This document shows positions 1-9,432 of a DNA stretch of 15,389 nucleotides, piece by piece. Source of the stretch: Macrostomum lignano (lineage: Eukaryota); the NCBI GenBank assembly GCA_002269645.1, contig NIVC01005257.1, forward strand, positions 1 through 15,389, in the 5' to 3' direction. Numbering within the stretch: the first letter of the stretch is position 1; each line of letters opens with the position of its first letter. The notes beneath the pieces are model-generated. The model did no database searches and had not been told where the DNA came from. It saw only the letters and a program-made list of their open reading frames with translations. The translations under genes and the position numbers were made by a program.

Positions 1-343
1 GCTGTTATCTATGGCACCCCCGCTGTTATCTATGGCCCCGCTGTTATCTATGGCTCCCGCTGTTATCTATGGCACCGCTGTTATCTATGACACCCCGCTG
101 TTATCTATGGCACCGCTGTTATCTATGACACCCGCTGTTATCTATGGCATCCCGCTGTTATCTATGGCTCGCCGCTGTTATCTATGACACCCGCTGTTAT
201 CTTATGCAGCCGCTGTTATCTATGGCTCCCCGCTGTTATCTATGACACCGCCGCTGTTATCTATGGCATCCGCTGTTATCTATGGCACCCCGCTGTTATC
301 TATGGCTCCCCTGTTATCTATGACAACCCGCTGTCATCCATAG
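1..343. repeat. Minisatellite, ~19-22 bp unit CCGCTGTTATCTATG(G/A)C..., about 18 copies, in a PLC intron
   Basis: GCTGTTATCTATG recurs about every 20 bp from base 1; degenerate copies continue near 411-432. Confidence 0.95.
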
Positions 344-586
344 CCAGAAGCAAAGCAAAACTTACGAGCAGTGATTTTCAACGACAAAATGACCGGAAAG
401 TCGGACACTTTGTTATCTATACAACCCGCTGTCGTGTCTGCCGATCGGCCTCGCATGTGTTTCCTGAAAGTTAAGAGTTTTGTACAAGCTATTTTATTTA
501 ACGCAGTAGCACTCAGACAAGTGTCAACCGTTGCTCCACCAGAATTTTACGCAACGCTAATACATGAAACGCTTGAGTTTGCTCAC

Positions 587-744
587 TCGAAATGATACCT
601 CGCTGCACATGGTGAAGCCGTGGGTGATCACCGGCTCCTCCTCGCCTCCCCGGCCGTCCCAGCAGTCCAGCTCCACGCAGCGGCAGCCGGTGAGCAGGAC
701 TTGACGGTACAGCTCAACGGAGCTCTTGCCAGTGAGCTGATGGC
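587..744 (-). CDS. PLCB: Phospholipase C-beta exon, catalytic X domain ([31 protein letters not shown]...[16 protein letters not shown])
   Basis: Diagnostic PI-PLC X-box motifs [12 protein letters not shown] and HGFT. Acceptor ccgcag|GC at 745/744 (phase 1) and donor CGA|gtgagc at 587/586 (phase 0). The phase matches the upstream exon. Confidence 0.93.
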
Positions 745-770
745 CTGCGGAGTGTTTCATGAGCTCAGAG

Positions 771-1726
771 TCATACTATCCAGTGTAGCTCATACTATCC
801 AGTGTAGCTCATACTATCCAGTGTAGCTCATACTAACCAGTAAAGCTCATACTAACCAGTGTAGCTCATACTAACCAGTTTAGCTCATACTAACCAGTAT
901 AGCTCATACTAACCAGTGTAGCTCATACTATCCAGTGTAGCTCATACTAACCAGTGTAGCTCATACTAACCAGTGTAGCTCATACTATCCAGTGTAGCTC
1001 ATACTAACCAGTGTAGCTCATACTAACAAGTATAGCTCATACTAACCAGTGTAGCTCATACTATCCAGTGTAGCTCATACTAACCAGTGTAGCTCATACT
1101 GTCCAGTGTAGCTCATACTAACCAGTGTAGCTCATACTGTCCAGTGTAGCTCATACTGTCCAGTATAGCTCATACTAACCAGTGTAGCTCATACTAACCA
1201 GTATAGCTCATACTAACCAGTTTAGCTCATACTAACCAGTGTAGCTCATACTAACCAGTAAAGCTCATACTAACCAGTATAGCTCATACTATCCAGTGTA
1301 GCTCATACTAACCAGTGTAGCTCATACTAACCAGTGTAGCTCATACTAACCAGTGTAGCTCATACTAACCAGTGTAGCTCATACTAACCAGTGTAGCTCA
1401 TACTAACCAGTGTAGCTCATACTATCCAGTGTAGCTCATACTATCCAGTGTAGCTCATACTAACCAGTGTAGCTCATACTATCCAGTGTAGCTCATACTA
1501 ACCAGTATAGCTCATACTAACCAGTGTAGCTCATACTGTCCAGTGTAGCTCATACTGTCCAGTGTAGCTCATACTAACCAGTGTAGCTCATACTGTCCAG
1601 TGTAGCTCATACTGTCCAGTGTAGCTCATACTAACCAGTGTAGCTCATACTATCCAGTGTAGCTCATACTAACCAGTGTAGCTCATACTATCCAGTGTAG
1701 CTCATACTAACCAGTGTAGCTCATAC
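771..1726. repeat. 19-bp minisatellite CCAGTGTAGCTCATACTAA, about 50 copies, filling most of the intron between the two PLC exons
   Basis: Tandem unit with variant endings (-CTAA/-CTAT/-CTGT) and occasional GTAT/GTTT/GTAA cores. Confidence 0.97.
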
Positions 1727-1901
1727 CACACCGGTACTCCAGAGCTCTATAATTCTAGTAGAGTACTCCAGTACCTAGTATTCGAGTACATAAGTAACTC
1801 AAGTACTGAAATACTCGTGCACTATAAAAGTCCAGTGCTCTGGTACTCCACTGCTTATCAGTGACAGGTTCATGACACAATTAGCGCGAACGGGGACTCA
1901 C

Positions 1902-2048
1902 CAGACAGGTAAGTATTGTGCGACGAATTGATGAAGTAGTGAGCCAAGGGCTGGTCCATGTCTTGGCTGAGGTCAAGCTTGTCCAATGGAATCACATTGT
2001 TCTCCACTGAGATCAGGTAGGCTTGAAGGCCCTGGCTGCTCAGGCGAT
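1902..2048 (-). CDS. PLCB: Phospholipase C-beta exon, end of EF-hand region and start of X domain ([50 protein letters not shown])
   Basis: [19 protein letters not shown] is the conserved start of the PLC X domain. Acceptor ccccag|AT at 2049/2048 and donor TCTG|gtgagt at 1902/1901. The exon is 147 nt, phase 1-1, and joins in frame to the 587-744 exon (G|GC = Gly). Confidence 0.93.
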
Positions 2049-2139
2049 CTGGGGTGATGAGGTTCAGGGGCTCTGGGACCCAATTATAACTGTCTTCGTG
2101 TAAGAGGCAGACGCTGTTAAGGATAGATGCAAAAAGAAT

Positions 2140-2378
2140 TGAGATTAGATTGAAATCCAGTGAGATTAGATTGAAATCCAAAAAGATCTGATTGAAATCT
2201 AATGAGATTAGATTGAAATCCAACGAGGTTGGATAGAACTCCAGTGAGATTAGATTGAAATTTAATGGGATTAGATAAAAATTCAGTGAGATTTGATTGA
2301 AATCCAGTGAGATCAGATTAAAATTCAGTGAGATAAGAGTGAAATCCAGTGAGACTAGACTAAAATTCAGTGAGATTA
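2140..2378. repeat. 21-bp minisatellite GAGATTAGATTGAAATCCAGT, about 11 copies, interrupted by the LTR element
   Basis: Visible tandem unit; translates as LISLDFN heptads on the minus strand; ends abruptly at the LTR start. Confidence 0.92.
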
Positions 2379-2767
2379 TGATGTAACCACGCTCTGGTCG
2401 CGGATAGGGCATGGGAACTTTTTCGAAAGTGCCTCCTATCCCGTGCACCCTCTGCACAGAGCTGTCGAGACTCGGCCAGGTCTCCGACCGGGCCTGGAGA
2501 CTCCCGCTCTGCTGCACCCCTCCTGCTGCCTTGGTCCCGTCTCTCCTGCCGCCACACCTGCCTTTCCGGAGCCCCTACCCCTTTCTGTACCTCCCCCTCT
2601 ACCCTATCTCTTCTGTTCCCGCCCTATTCTTCCTGTACTTTCTCTACTTCCTCCTTTTTTTGTCTCCCTCTGCACTCTTTTCCTGCGCTGTCCCCTCTTT
2701 CCCTGTGTCTACTTACAGTACTTTGTGTGCTCACCGTCTCCCCATCCCCTCTCAAACTCCCAAACGG

Positions 2768-3315
2768 TGACGCAAGTCGTGTGACCCCTTCTCCCCCTCG
2801 GTGACTCATCGATGACTCATCCCCCTCTCTTGCGCAACCTTTTCTCACGCTATTGTTCTCCTTCCCAAATTTCTCATGTGACACCCACCCCACCTCCGCT
2901 TCTATTGTTCTCGTTTTTGCTTCTTTTGTTCTCTCGACCCCCACCAATTATCACATTTTCTCCGATTTTCTCTTTCTTTTGTTCTCGTTTTCGCACCTAA
3001 TTATCACCTTTTCTCCAATGTTTACTTTTCCATTGTTCTCAGTTTTCCCCAATTATCCCCGATTTCCAATTCCTTTGTTCTCGACCCCAGCCCTATTGTT
3101 CTCAATGTTTGCTTGCGCAACACTTTCGCGACCACCCGCTGCGCCAATTATCCCCCACCCCACCTCCGGATTGCGCAATTTCCCGATTTCTCATGTTGCT
3201 ATGCCGGTCTCATGCTTCTCATCATGACTCATTCTGACGTCATTCTGCCGGCAGCCAATCAGAGAGAGGGAGCCATGGTAACGACCTTGAGGAGGCGGCT
3301 GTGAGGTCTATAAAA
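2768..3315 (+). promoter_or_regulatory. LTR U3 enhancer/promoter: AP-1, CRE, C/EBP-type palindromes, CCAAT box and TATA box (copy also in the 3' LTR)
   Basis: TGACTCA at 2802, 2813, 3225; TGACGTCA at 3235; TTGCGCAA at 2830, 3113, 3171; CCAAT at 3255; TATAAAA at 3309-3315. Confidence 0.7.
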
Positions 3316-3643
3316 GGAAGCGATTTCGGCATGAGAATACTCAACTGAGTTTATCTCTGTTCCTCTCCTCGTCCTTCTTTGGACTTGCTGTCAGATTGAG
3401 TTCTGACCCATTCGTCTATAAGACGAATCCCTGCCGGTCCGCGGTCTGTTACCGCCAAGTTATCCTTAGCTCCCCAAGTGAGCTCGCCTATCGGCCAGCG
3501 GTCTGATACCGCCCAGCATCATCAGCATCGCCTGATCTACATCAGCGCCTCGTCGCTCCAGCGCATCGCCGCTTCACCGTCTGCCTGACTGCAGCCTACA
3601 GCCGCCCTCGGTCACTCCGCCTCTCTCTCTCTCTGTGCAGCTG

Positions 3644-3652
3644 CCGGTAAGT
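3644..3652 (+). other. Consensus 5' splice donor CCG|GTAAGT in the LTR, ~300 nt downstream of the predicted transcription start
   Basis: Donor consensus followed by an AT-rich, intron-like stretch. Confidence 0.55.
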
Positions 3653-4594
3653 TCCTGCTACTAATTTGTGCTCTAATTGCCTTTGCTTATCCGGGGTTTG
3701 CCTATTTTCCATTGTCTGATTAGAGAGCTGAGCCAATTGTGATACCGTATCTTTTGCTGTATTTTACTCAATAGTGAAGCCGCCTAATTGCCTGCTTATT
3801 TGCCTAAGGGCCTAATTATTAACTATTAACTAACTTCATCATTATTCAATCTTTCACCATCATTTCACTCATGGCTTGCTAAGCCTTTCCCCGGGGTGGC
3901 AAAGCATAAGGAAGTTTGGGTAAGCTAATGGCCTCTCCCCGTGCAAGCCCGCCTGTGAGTGCGTGCTGCGGGGCCGCGTGTGCGTGCAGTAGAGGGATTA
4001 GCGAGTCTTGGCACAGAATGGCAGTAGGAAGGTTGCAACCCCATGCTAACGCGTCCCTTCGCCCTGAGCAATCTAAACTGTAGATAGTACATGTTCGCCT
4101 CATACTACTCTTAGTAATCAAAGTCGCAAGTCAGCCTCGCTCACAGCCACAAAGGATCCCCTGCTGAGAAATCCTCCAGGATTGAGCCCAGAGTTCCCGA
4201 TCATGCCCCAAGCAGAGTCCCTGTACTCGGCTGCATGCGTCTCCCCTGTTAGCCTAAATCCCCTGGTAACCAATCCAGGCGGGGCTCTAGCCTCGAGAGG
4301 TCTGGTAGAAAGATCCAGGTGCGCCAGGTCACATAGAGTGGTGGCAGCCACTCGGTCATACCATGACCGAGTGACCAACTATTGCACCTTGGCTACAGGT
4401 GGGGTCCATGTGGGTCCTTGGCCCTCTGGTCACGAAGCGCTACCAAAGCTACTAATCATGTGGGCGGGACAGTCTGGTGCTGGAGGTCCGTCAGGTCATT
4501 GCCCGGTCATAGGCAGCCTACGGTCATTGCCCCCTCTAGCCATGCGTTCGTCTCTCTACGGAGCGGACAGGCGACAAGGGCGGTTACATCAAAA

Positions 4595-4612
4595 TGGTGG
4601 CAGCGGTGGGAT
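4595..4612 (+). other. Primer-binding site complementary to the 3' end of tRNA-Leu (AAG/UAG type)
   Basis: TGGTGGCAGCGGTGGGAT is the reverse complement of ATCCCACCGCTGCCACCA, the 3' 18 nt of metazoan tRNA-Leu(AAG/UAG) including CCA (tRNA sequence recalled, not searched). It starts 3 nt after the LTR end. Confidence 0.9.
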
Positions 4613-6962
4613 CTGGTGCAAACAGCGCTGAGTTTCGGACTGGTGGTTTAGATGTGACAAGCGCACCTGTGGCATCCCTCAGAATGGTGGCCGAAGCGCA
4701 AAGAGTGCCATGTCTAAATCTACCAATCGTAAAAATCGCCAATCGTCATTCTCTTCCCCATGGCGTGAGGCAACAAAATCCAAAAATATTAATGTAACTT
4801 TTCAAATTTTTCGGGCTGCGAATTCGTTCAATTCATTCGAAATTTCCAAATTCATTCATTCGCCAAAAGCCCCTGATTCAATTTAAAATTAATTTAGCCG
4901 ATCAGTTTCAGCGCTAGAAAGTGTGAAGTGGTAGACGAGCGGATTTGATTACAATCAGAATAGCTACCTGGTAACGGAGTGTGTGAAGAACTGCGAAAGT
5001 GAATTTTCCGGACTCACTTTCTATTTCATGGTAATATGCTTTATTTCCCCTCCCTTTCTTTCTCTCGCCTAGCCTACAGCAGAACTGTGTGAGTGTTGAG
5101 GTGGACAGCCAGCCAGGTACGGAAGCCTCATCACGCAAGCACAGGGAAGCTGGAAGCGAAGCATTTCTTTCCTTTGTCCTACCTCTTTCTTTTACTCGGG
5201 GGAGTGTAACAGTCGCTCTCCCTGATCGCTCAGTTAATCCTAGAAATGCGTAGAGACCGGAGCGTGTTTTGTTTGTCCATTAGAATGAACAGCTATCAAG
5301 GGCTATGGGGAACTCGCTATATATGCATAGTAAGGGAAGCAGTAGTCATGGCCTTGGAAACATTGGGGGATACCAAAGTCTCGCAGGAATGGGAATAGCG
5401 GTGTGATTGTATCTCTGTAGGGTATCAGTGTGACTCAAAAATCTCGGGCTAAAAAAAGTGTCACCTCCTATGGAATACCTGCGATCAGCCCGGACCTGAA
5501 TTCTGCGGTAACCCCTGGTGCCTTCATGGCTGGGATTCGATCCCAACGTGTCTGCTGACTCTCCCCACTGTATTGCAGACCCGGTAGTAACTGCTTTGGT
5601 TGCATTTGGGCTGGTGCAGTGGCTGGAAATAGTAGATCCCATAGTATCCTATTGATAGTGGAGTTCAGTGAGTATTGGAATGGTGTACTGGAAGTCTGGT
5701 GGCCCCCAGTGATCTCGTAATGTTTCCTGCTGCATTCTCCTCCTTTAGTAATTCCTCCCCCCTGCTGTCAGTCTGATAGGGGAGGTGGGTGTGCCAATCA
5801 GCCCGACCCGGTAGAACGGCGCTCCTGCCCGACTTGTCAGCCTGGCCCAGGAAGGCGCTATTGCGCAACTCTTTTCCCCTCTGGCCACTGCAGCCCACTA
5901 AGCGCTTAGACGCAGGGTTGCATGCAGTCCCCTAATGTAAAGCCCCGGTACATAGAGTGCCACCCCAGTGCCCCGCAAGGTCAATAAGACGGGTTGACGT
6001 CTCTGGCAACTTGGAATAACCTAGATGGAGGTACCGCTGTCTCCTGGTAGAACCGGGCGTTCAAGTACAGTAAAGTGGAGAGGCTGACAACTGTAGGACT
6101 TTCTCCGCCATCAGATAAAGGTCCCAAGTATGCTATTTCGAGCTGCAGCAAAGGTGGAGTATCGGAGGGGCAAGCATTTCAGGAAGATACTCACTTAGGT
6201 CTGTTTATCCTAGGAAAGCGGGCGAGAGTTTCAGGCTTGTAATCCGCCTAACCTGAAAACTTCGGGGACAGTTTAGTCTGGACTCCCGCTGCGCGCCTTC
6301 GCTCTGAACAGAAGGGGGAGGTCTTGGTTTTTGTGGATTCTGCTAGACGTAGGGGAGCTGGATTCCCGCCTTTTGTGAAGCTGCGTGTACAAGATTGGTA
6401 GTCCTGAGGTGGAAGCCCCACTGGACTCCGACGGTTTTCCGGCTGTGCAAGGGCAGTAAAGTGGGAGGACCTCCATGGGGATTGCTCCCGCCACTTGGGT
6501 TTTTGGGTCCAGGCGCCAACGCTTCTTCGTAGTAGCTTTCTTAAGGAAATGGGGTCCGGCGCGCAACCCTAGGGGAGAATTTGTACAGGTGCCGTAAGTC
6601 CGTTTACGGTCGGCATTTGGGTTCCCTAGCATGGCCGCAAAATGAAGGTCAAGTCTCTCTGAATAGCCAATTTTTCCCTGTCAGGATGTGCCATAGACAA
6701 CTGGTAGTGGTAGCCGCAGTTTGAGTCAGTGTGCTTTGCCGAGTGAAGCCGTTAGGACTGCCTAAATGGAATTATGTGGAGCCACCCGTTTTTCAATTTG
6801 TTTTCTTCGACGCCGCAAGTGTGTGGGTTTTGTCTGTGTTGTGTGTGTGTGAGTGTGTTTGTGTGTTTCGGATCAACTTTTCGGTCTTTACCTGTAGTTG
6901 TCCCGGTTTTCTTTTCTTTTCCTTCCCGGTAGTGGGTACTCCCCCAGCTATCCGGCATTCAC

Positions 6963-8404
6963 ATGTCACGGGCGCGTGGAGATAGGGTCGTAGAAGCTGT
7001 GTGCGCAGACGCCCCTGGTCAACCACCCTCGGCCGCTGACACCCCAGCAGTTGCCGCCCCCGCAGCCGCAATGGCCGCAGCCGCTGGTAACCAGGTCCCT
7101 CAGCCTCCAGAAGCAGTAGTAGTTGAGGAACCAGATGAAGGAGTAGCAGCTCCCGCTCCCAATCAGGGTGACGCAGCAGCCGCCGCTGCTCCCCGGACGC
7201 AGCCCAGAATCCTCCTCAGGCAGTCCCGCAGCTAGGAGACTTAGTTGCGCTATAGCCAATGCGTTTAACCAGCTAAACATGGGCCAAGACGCCCAGAGGC
7301 CGAAAATCTACGTAGAAAGTTCTCTCCCGGCGAACACTGTTTTGTGCAATGGGTAGAGAGAATGATCTACAAGCTGGACGCGGAGAGAACTGTAGGAGAT
7401 CAGGCTAGGAAGCAGGTGCTCATCTCGCACCTCCCAGGTGAATTTCAGAACTTAGCCTTAGGATTGGACGGGCAATTGCCCTTTGAGCAGTTCGTATCTA
7501 GATTAGGAGAGCAGTTGGGCGAGGCCAACACTGATCTGGCTAAGAGAAATAAGCTGAAGAATCTGAGCCAGAAACCCGGCCAATCACATAGTGCTTTTGC
7601 TGCTATGATAAGATCTCAGATAACGGCCATGTTTCCTCAGATTCAGGGTGAGCAGAGAGAACAAGAAATCGTGTACACCTACTTGGAACACGCTAAGCTC
7701 CCCCGCCAGGTCAGACAAGATCTGTTGAGCCGTCGCTGGCAGACAATTGAGCAGGTGTTAGAACAGCAGCAAGCCCTGTTAGAAGCCGCAGACTTAGCCG
7801 GGAAATGGGACAGTAGTGGCCCGCCCAGGTCTGAGTCCCGCACCGAAGTCCGTCTGCAACCTCAGCAGCCACCCAGGCCCCCTCGCAAGTGGGTCAGGAT
7901 GGTGAACCAGGAAGCTGACGAGACGGAGGAGGACGGTGACGGCCTATCAGAGATGCAAGAGAGGTTGGGCGCGCTAGAGCAAACGCAAAAGGATCTGCGC
8001 AACCAGCTGGTGCAGCTCAATGAAACTATGAAGGCGACAGCAGAGTCTGTTGCCCAGCTGCCCCAGCAGATGAGGCCCCCTCGCCCCGCCACTCCCAACA
8101 GGAACTGGAGGCAGGGGCAGGGCGGCTCTAATAGCAGTAGGAACTGGCGCCAACCCCAGCCCCGCCGCTTGCAATTCAGGAGGCGCCCACGCCGCCGGCG
8201 CCGGGTGTGCAGCAGCAGCAATTGCAGCTTCGTGCGCCACCTGATCGCCATAGGCAAGATTTAGAGGAGTGGGGCAGAGATATGTTAGACGAGGCTACCA
8301 GGGAGAGGCAGGAGAGGCTCGCCCAGCTGCGCGCGCAAGCTCTGATGCCTCCTCCTTCCACGCCTGAAGAGCCCCCGGGTTCGGGAAACCCGTGGGAGGG
8401 CTGA
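6963..8404 (+). CDS. gag: Gag (Ty3/gypsy-type capsid), reconstructed across four apparent 1-nt deletions (~7193, ~7250, ~7317, ~8160)
   Basis: Reconstructed ...RPKIYVE(K)FSPGEHCFVQWVERM...NKLKNLSQKPGQSHSAFAAMIRSQITAMFP matches the retrotransposon gag pattern (L-x-Q-x-x-x-E/Q-S-x-x-x-F). It is followed by a coiled-coil-like segment and a Pro/Gln-rich tail ending SGNPWEG*. Each ORF fragment is offset by -1 from the previous one. Confidence 0.8.
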
Positions 8405-8445
8405 ATGGCCCGGCCCGAACTCAGCCCCGTTCCCTCTCTAGGGCC
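8383..8445 (+). other. Programmed -1 ribosomal frameshift signal: slippery heptamer G GGA AAC plus downstream stem-loop/pseudoknot
   Basis: The heptamer at 8383-8389 is in the gag frame. After an 8-nt spacer, GGGCTGA (8398-8404) pairs with TCAGCCC (8421-8427), and loop GGCCC can pair with GGGCC (8441-8445). The -1 frame is the protease frame and has a stop just upstream of the heptamer. Confidence 0.78.
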
Positions 8446-8907
8446 CAGCTTAACCTGCCACGTCCGCCCAGCAAGAAGTTTAGATTTGAGAAGGTACCCG
8501 ATTTCTATCAGCCAAGACCAGCTGGAGGACAACGCGGGAGAGATATTGTTGTAGAGTTGCCAATTGAGAATGTTCCCACCCGCCTCCTGGTAGATGGGGG
8601 CAGTGCGCTGTCTTTGCTAACAGTCAAAGACTTTACTAAAATTACCGGACAGAGTGTGGAGGCCCTGGAGCCCCCATGTGTGAAGGCCGTGTCCTACACG
8701 GGCAATGAATTAGAGATGCTAGGCCAGGCCACCCTCACAGCAGTTATTGGGCTAGAAGAGGTGAGAATCCTCTTTCTGGTCGTTGGCAATTCAGCAGCAG
8801 TTTCCCTCCTGGGTAGTGCTTTTCTAGCCAGTACGCATGCTATCATAGACTATCGAACAGAAAAGGTTTACTTGCTAGGTGTGAGTCTCCCATTCGACCC
8901 CCGCTGA
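8383..8907 (+). CDS. Retroviral-type (A2) aspartic protease, likely expressed as a Gag-Pro frameshift product
   Basis: RLLVDGGSALSLL active-site motif, later SLLGSAFL (ILGxDF-like) and AIIDY motifs; TGA stop at 8905-8907 directly after the domain. Confidence 0.85.
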   Translation, partial: GKPVGGLNGPARTQPRSLSRAQLNLPRPPSKKFRFEKVPDFYQPRPAGGQRGRDIVVELPIENVPTRLLVDGGSALSLLTVKDFTKITGQSVEALEPPCVKAVSYTGNELEMLGQATLTAVIGLEEVRILFLVVGNSAAVSLLGSAFLASTHAIIDYRTEKVYLLGVSLPFDPR

Positions 8908-9432
8908 GTAACAGATCGGTAGCTAGCCAGTGATTGCTTAATTCCCCCCCCCGATTCGCGTGTCGAAATTTTGCTCGTGTTGCCCCGTTGGAGACCGCTT
9001 TTCGCGTATTTACGTATGCCCTCTATTACTCGAATTTATGTTGTGACCTCGTGCTCGTTGGTGTTGTTTAAATATCTAAGATTTTAGCTCTAAGCTTCTA
9101 TGGGTCTGCTCCACAGGAGGTCCTGCCCCGCTGTTTAAGATTTTCTGGGAACAATGGAAGTCTGGGACCGTAGGAAATTAGCACCTTTAGGTCTGATTTC
9201 GTGTGTTTGTTCACACTTTGTGAAAGTCCGATTTTGGGAAACTTTTAATTGGTTTCGATGAGGCAATAGGGGGGGGGCCTTCAATGTAATTAAGTTTATC
9301 AGACAAATGGGGCAGCAATTAGTTTAGAGTAGGCCAGTGGTTTAGTCAATGTAAAGTCAGGTAAGTAATTAAAGTCAAGTTATGGGGACAGATAGTTCAG
9401 AATTAGTAAGTAAGCATTAAGAACCACCAGCA

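Larger units (their letters stand above)
2379..4591 (+). repeat. 5' LTR (2213 bp), termini TGATGTAACC...GGTTACATCA (perfect 10-bp inverted repeat)
   Basis: Aligns end to end with 13175-15389; followed after 3 nt by the PBS. Confidence 0.96.

Noticed and set aside
184-595. ORFs 184-474 and 371-595
   Set aside because: Translations of the minisatellite and adjacent intron; no protein motif.
771-1726. Possible CRISPR array
   Set aside because: Head-to-tail units with no unique spacers, eukaryotic intron context, no cas genes.
1870-2517. 215-aa minus-strand ORF with LISLDFN heptads (leucine-zipper or LRR look-alike)
   Set aside because: It is a read-through of the LTR start, the 21-bp minisatellite and the real PLC exon. 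Only 1902-2048 is bounded by splice sites and PLC-like.
2411-3304. Multiple overlapping ORFs in U3 (and their copies at 13067-14101)
   Set aside because: Low-complexity products of pyrimidine-rich sequence; the indels between the two LTRs change their frames; no domain.
3879-4651. ORFs in the distal LTR (4182-4631 +, 4118-4378 -, 3879-4121 -)
   Set aside because: No recognisable motif, ATG-poor starts, and frames differ between the LTR copies. Not supportable, though indel errors could hide a real ORF.
5940-6130. Minus-strand peptides GTGVALYV and LYLNARFYQ, faintly like LINE endonuclease or Penelope RT motifs
   Set aside because: They are isolated short matches in different frames and in the wrong order, without the other conserved motifs.
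7862-8532. Minus-strand ORFs opposite gag
   Set aside because: Shadow ORFs of a GC-rich coding strand.
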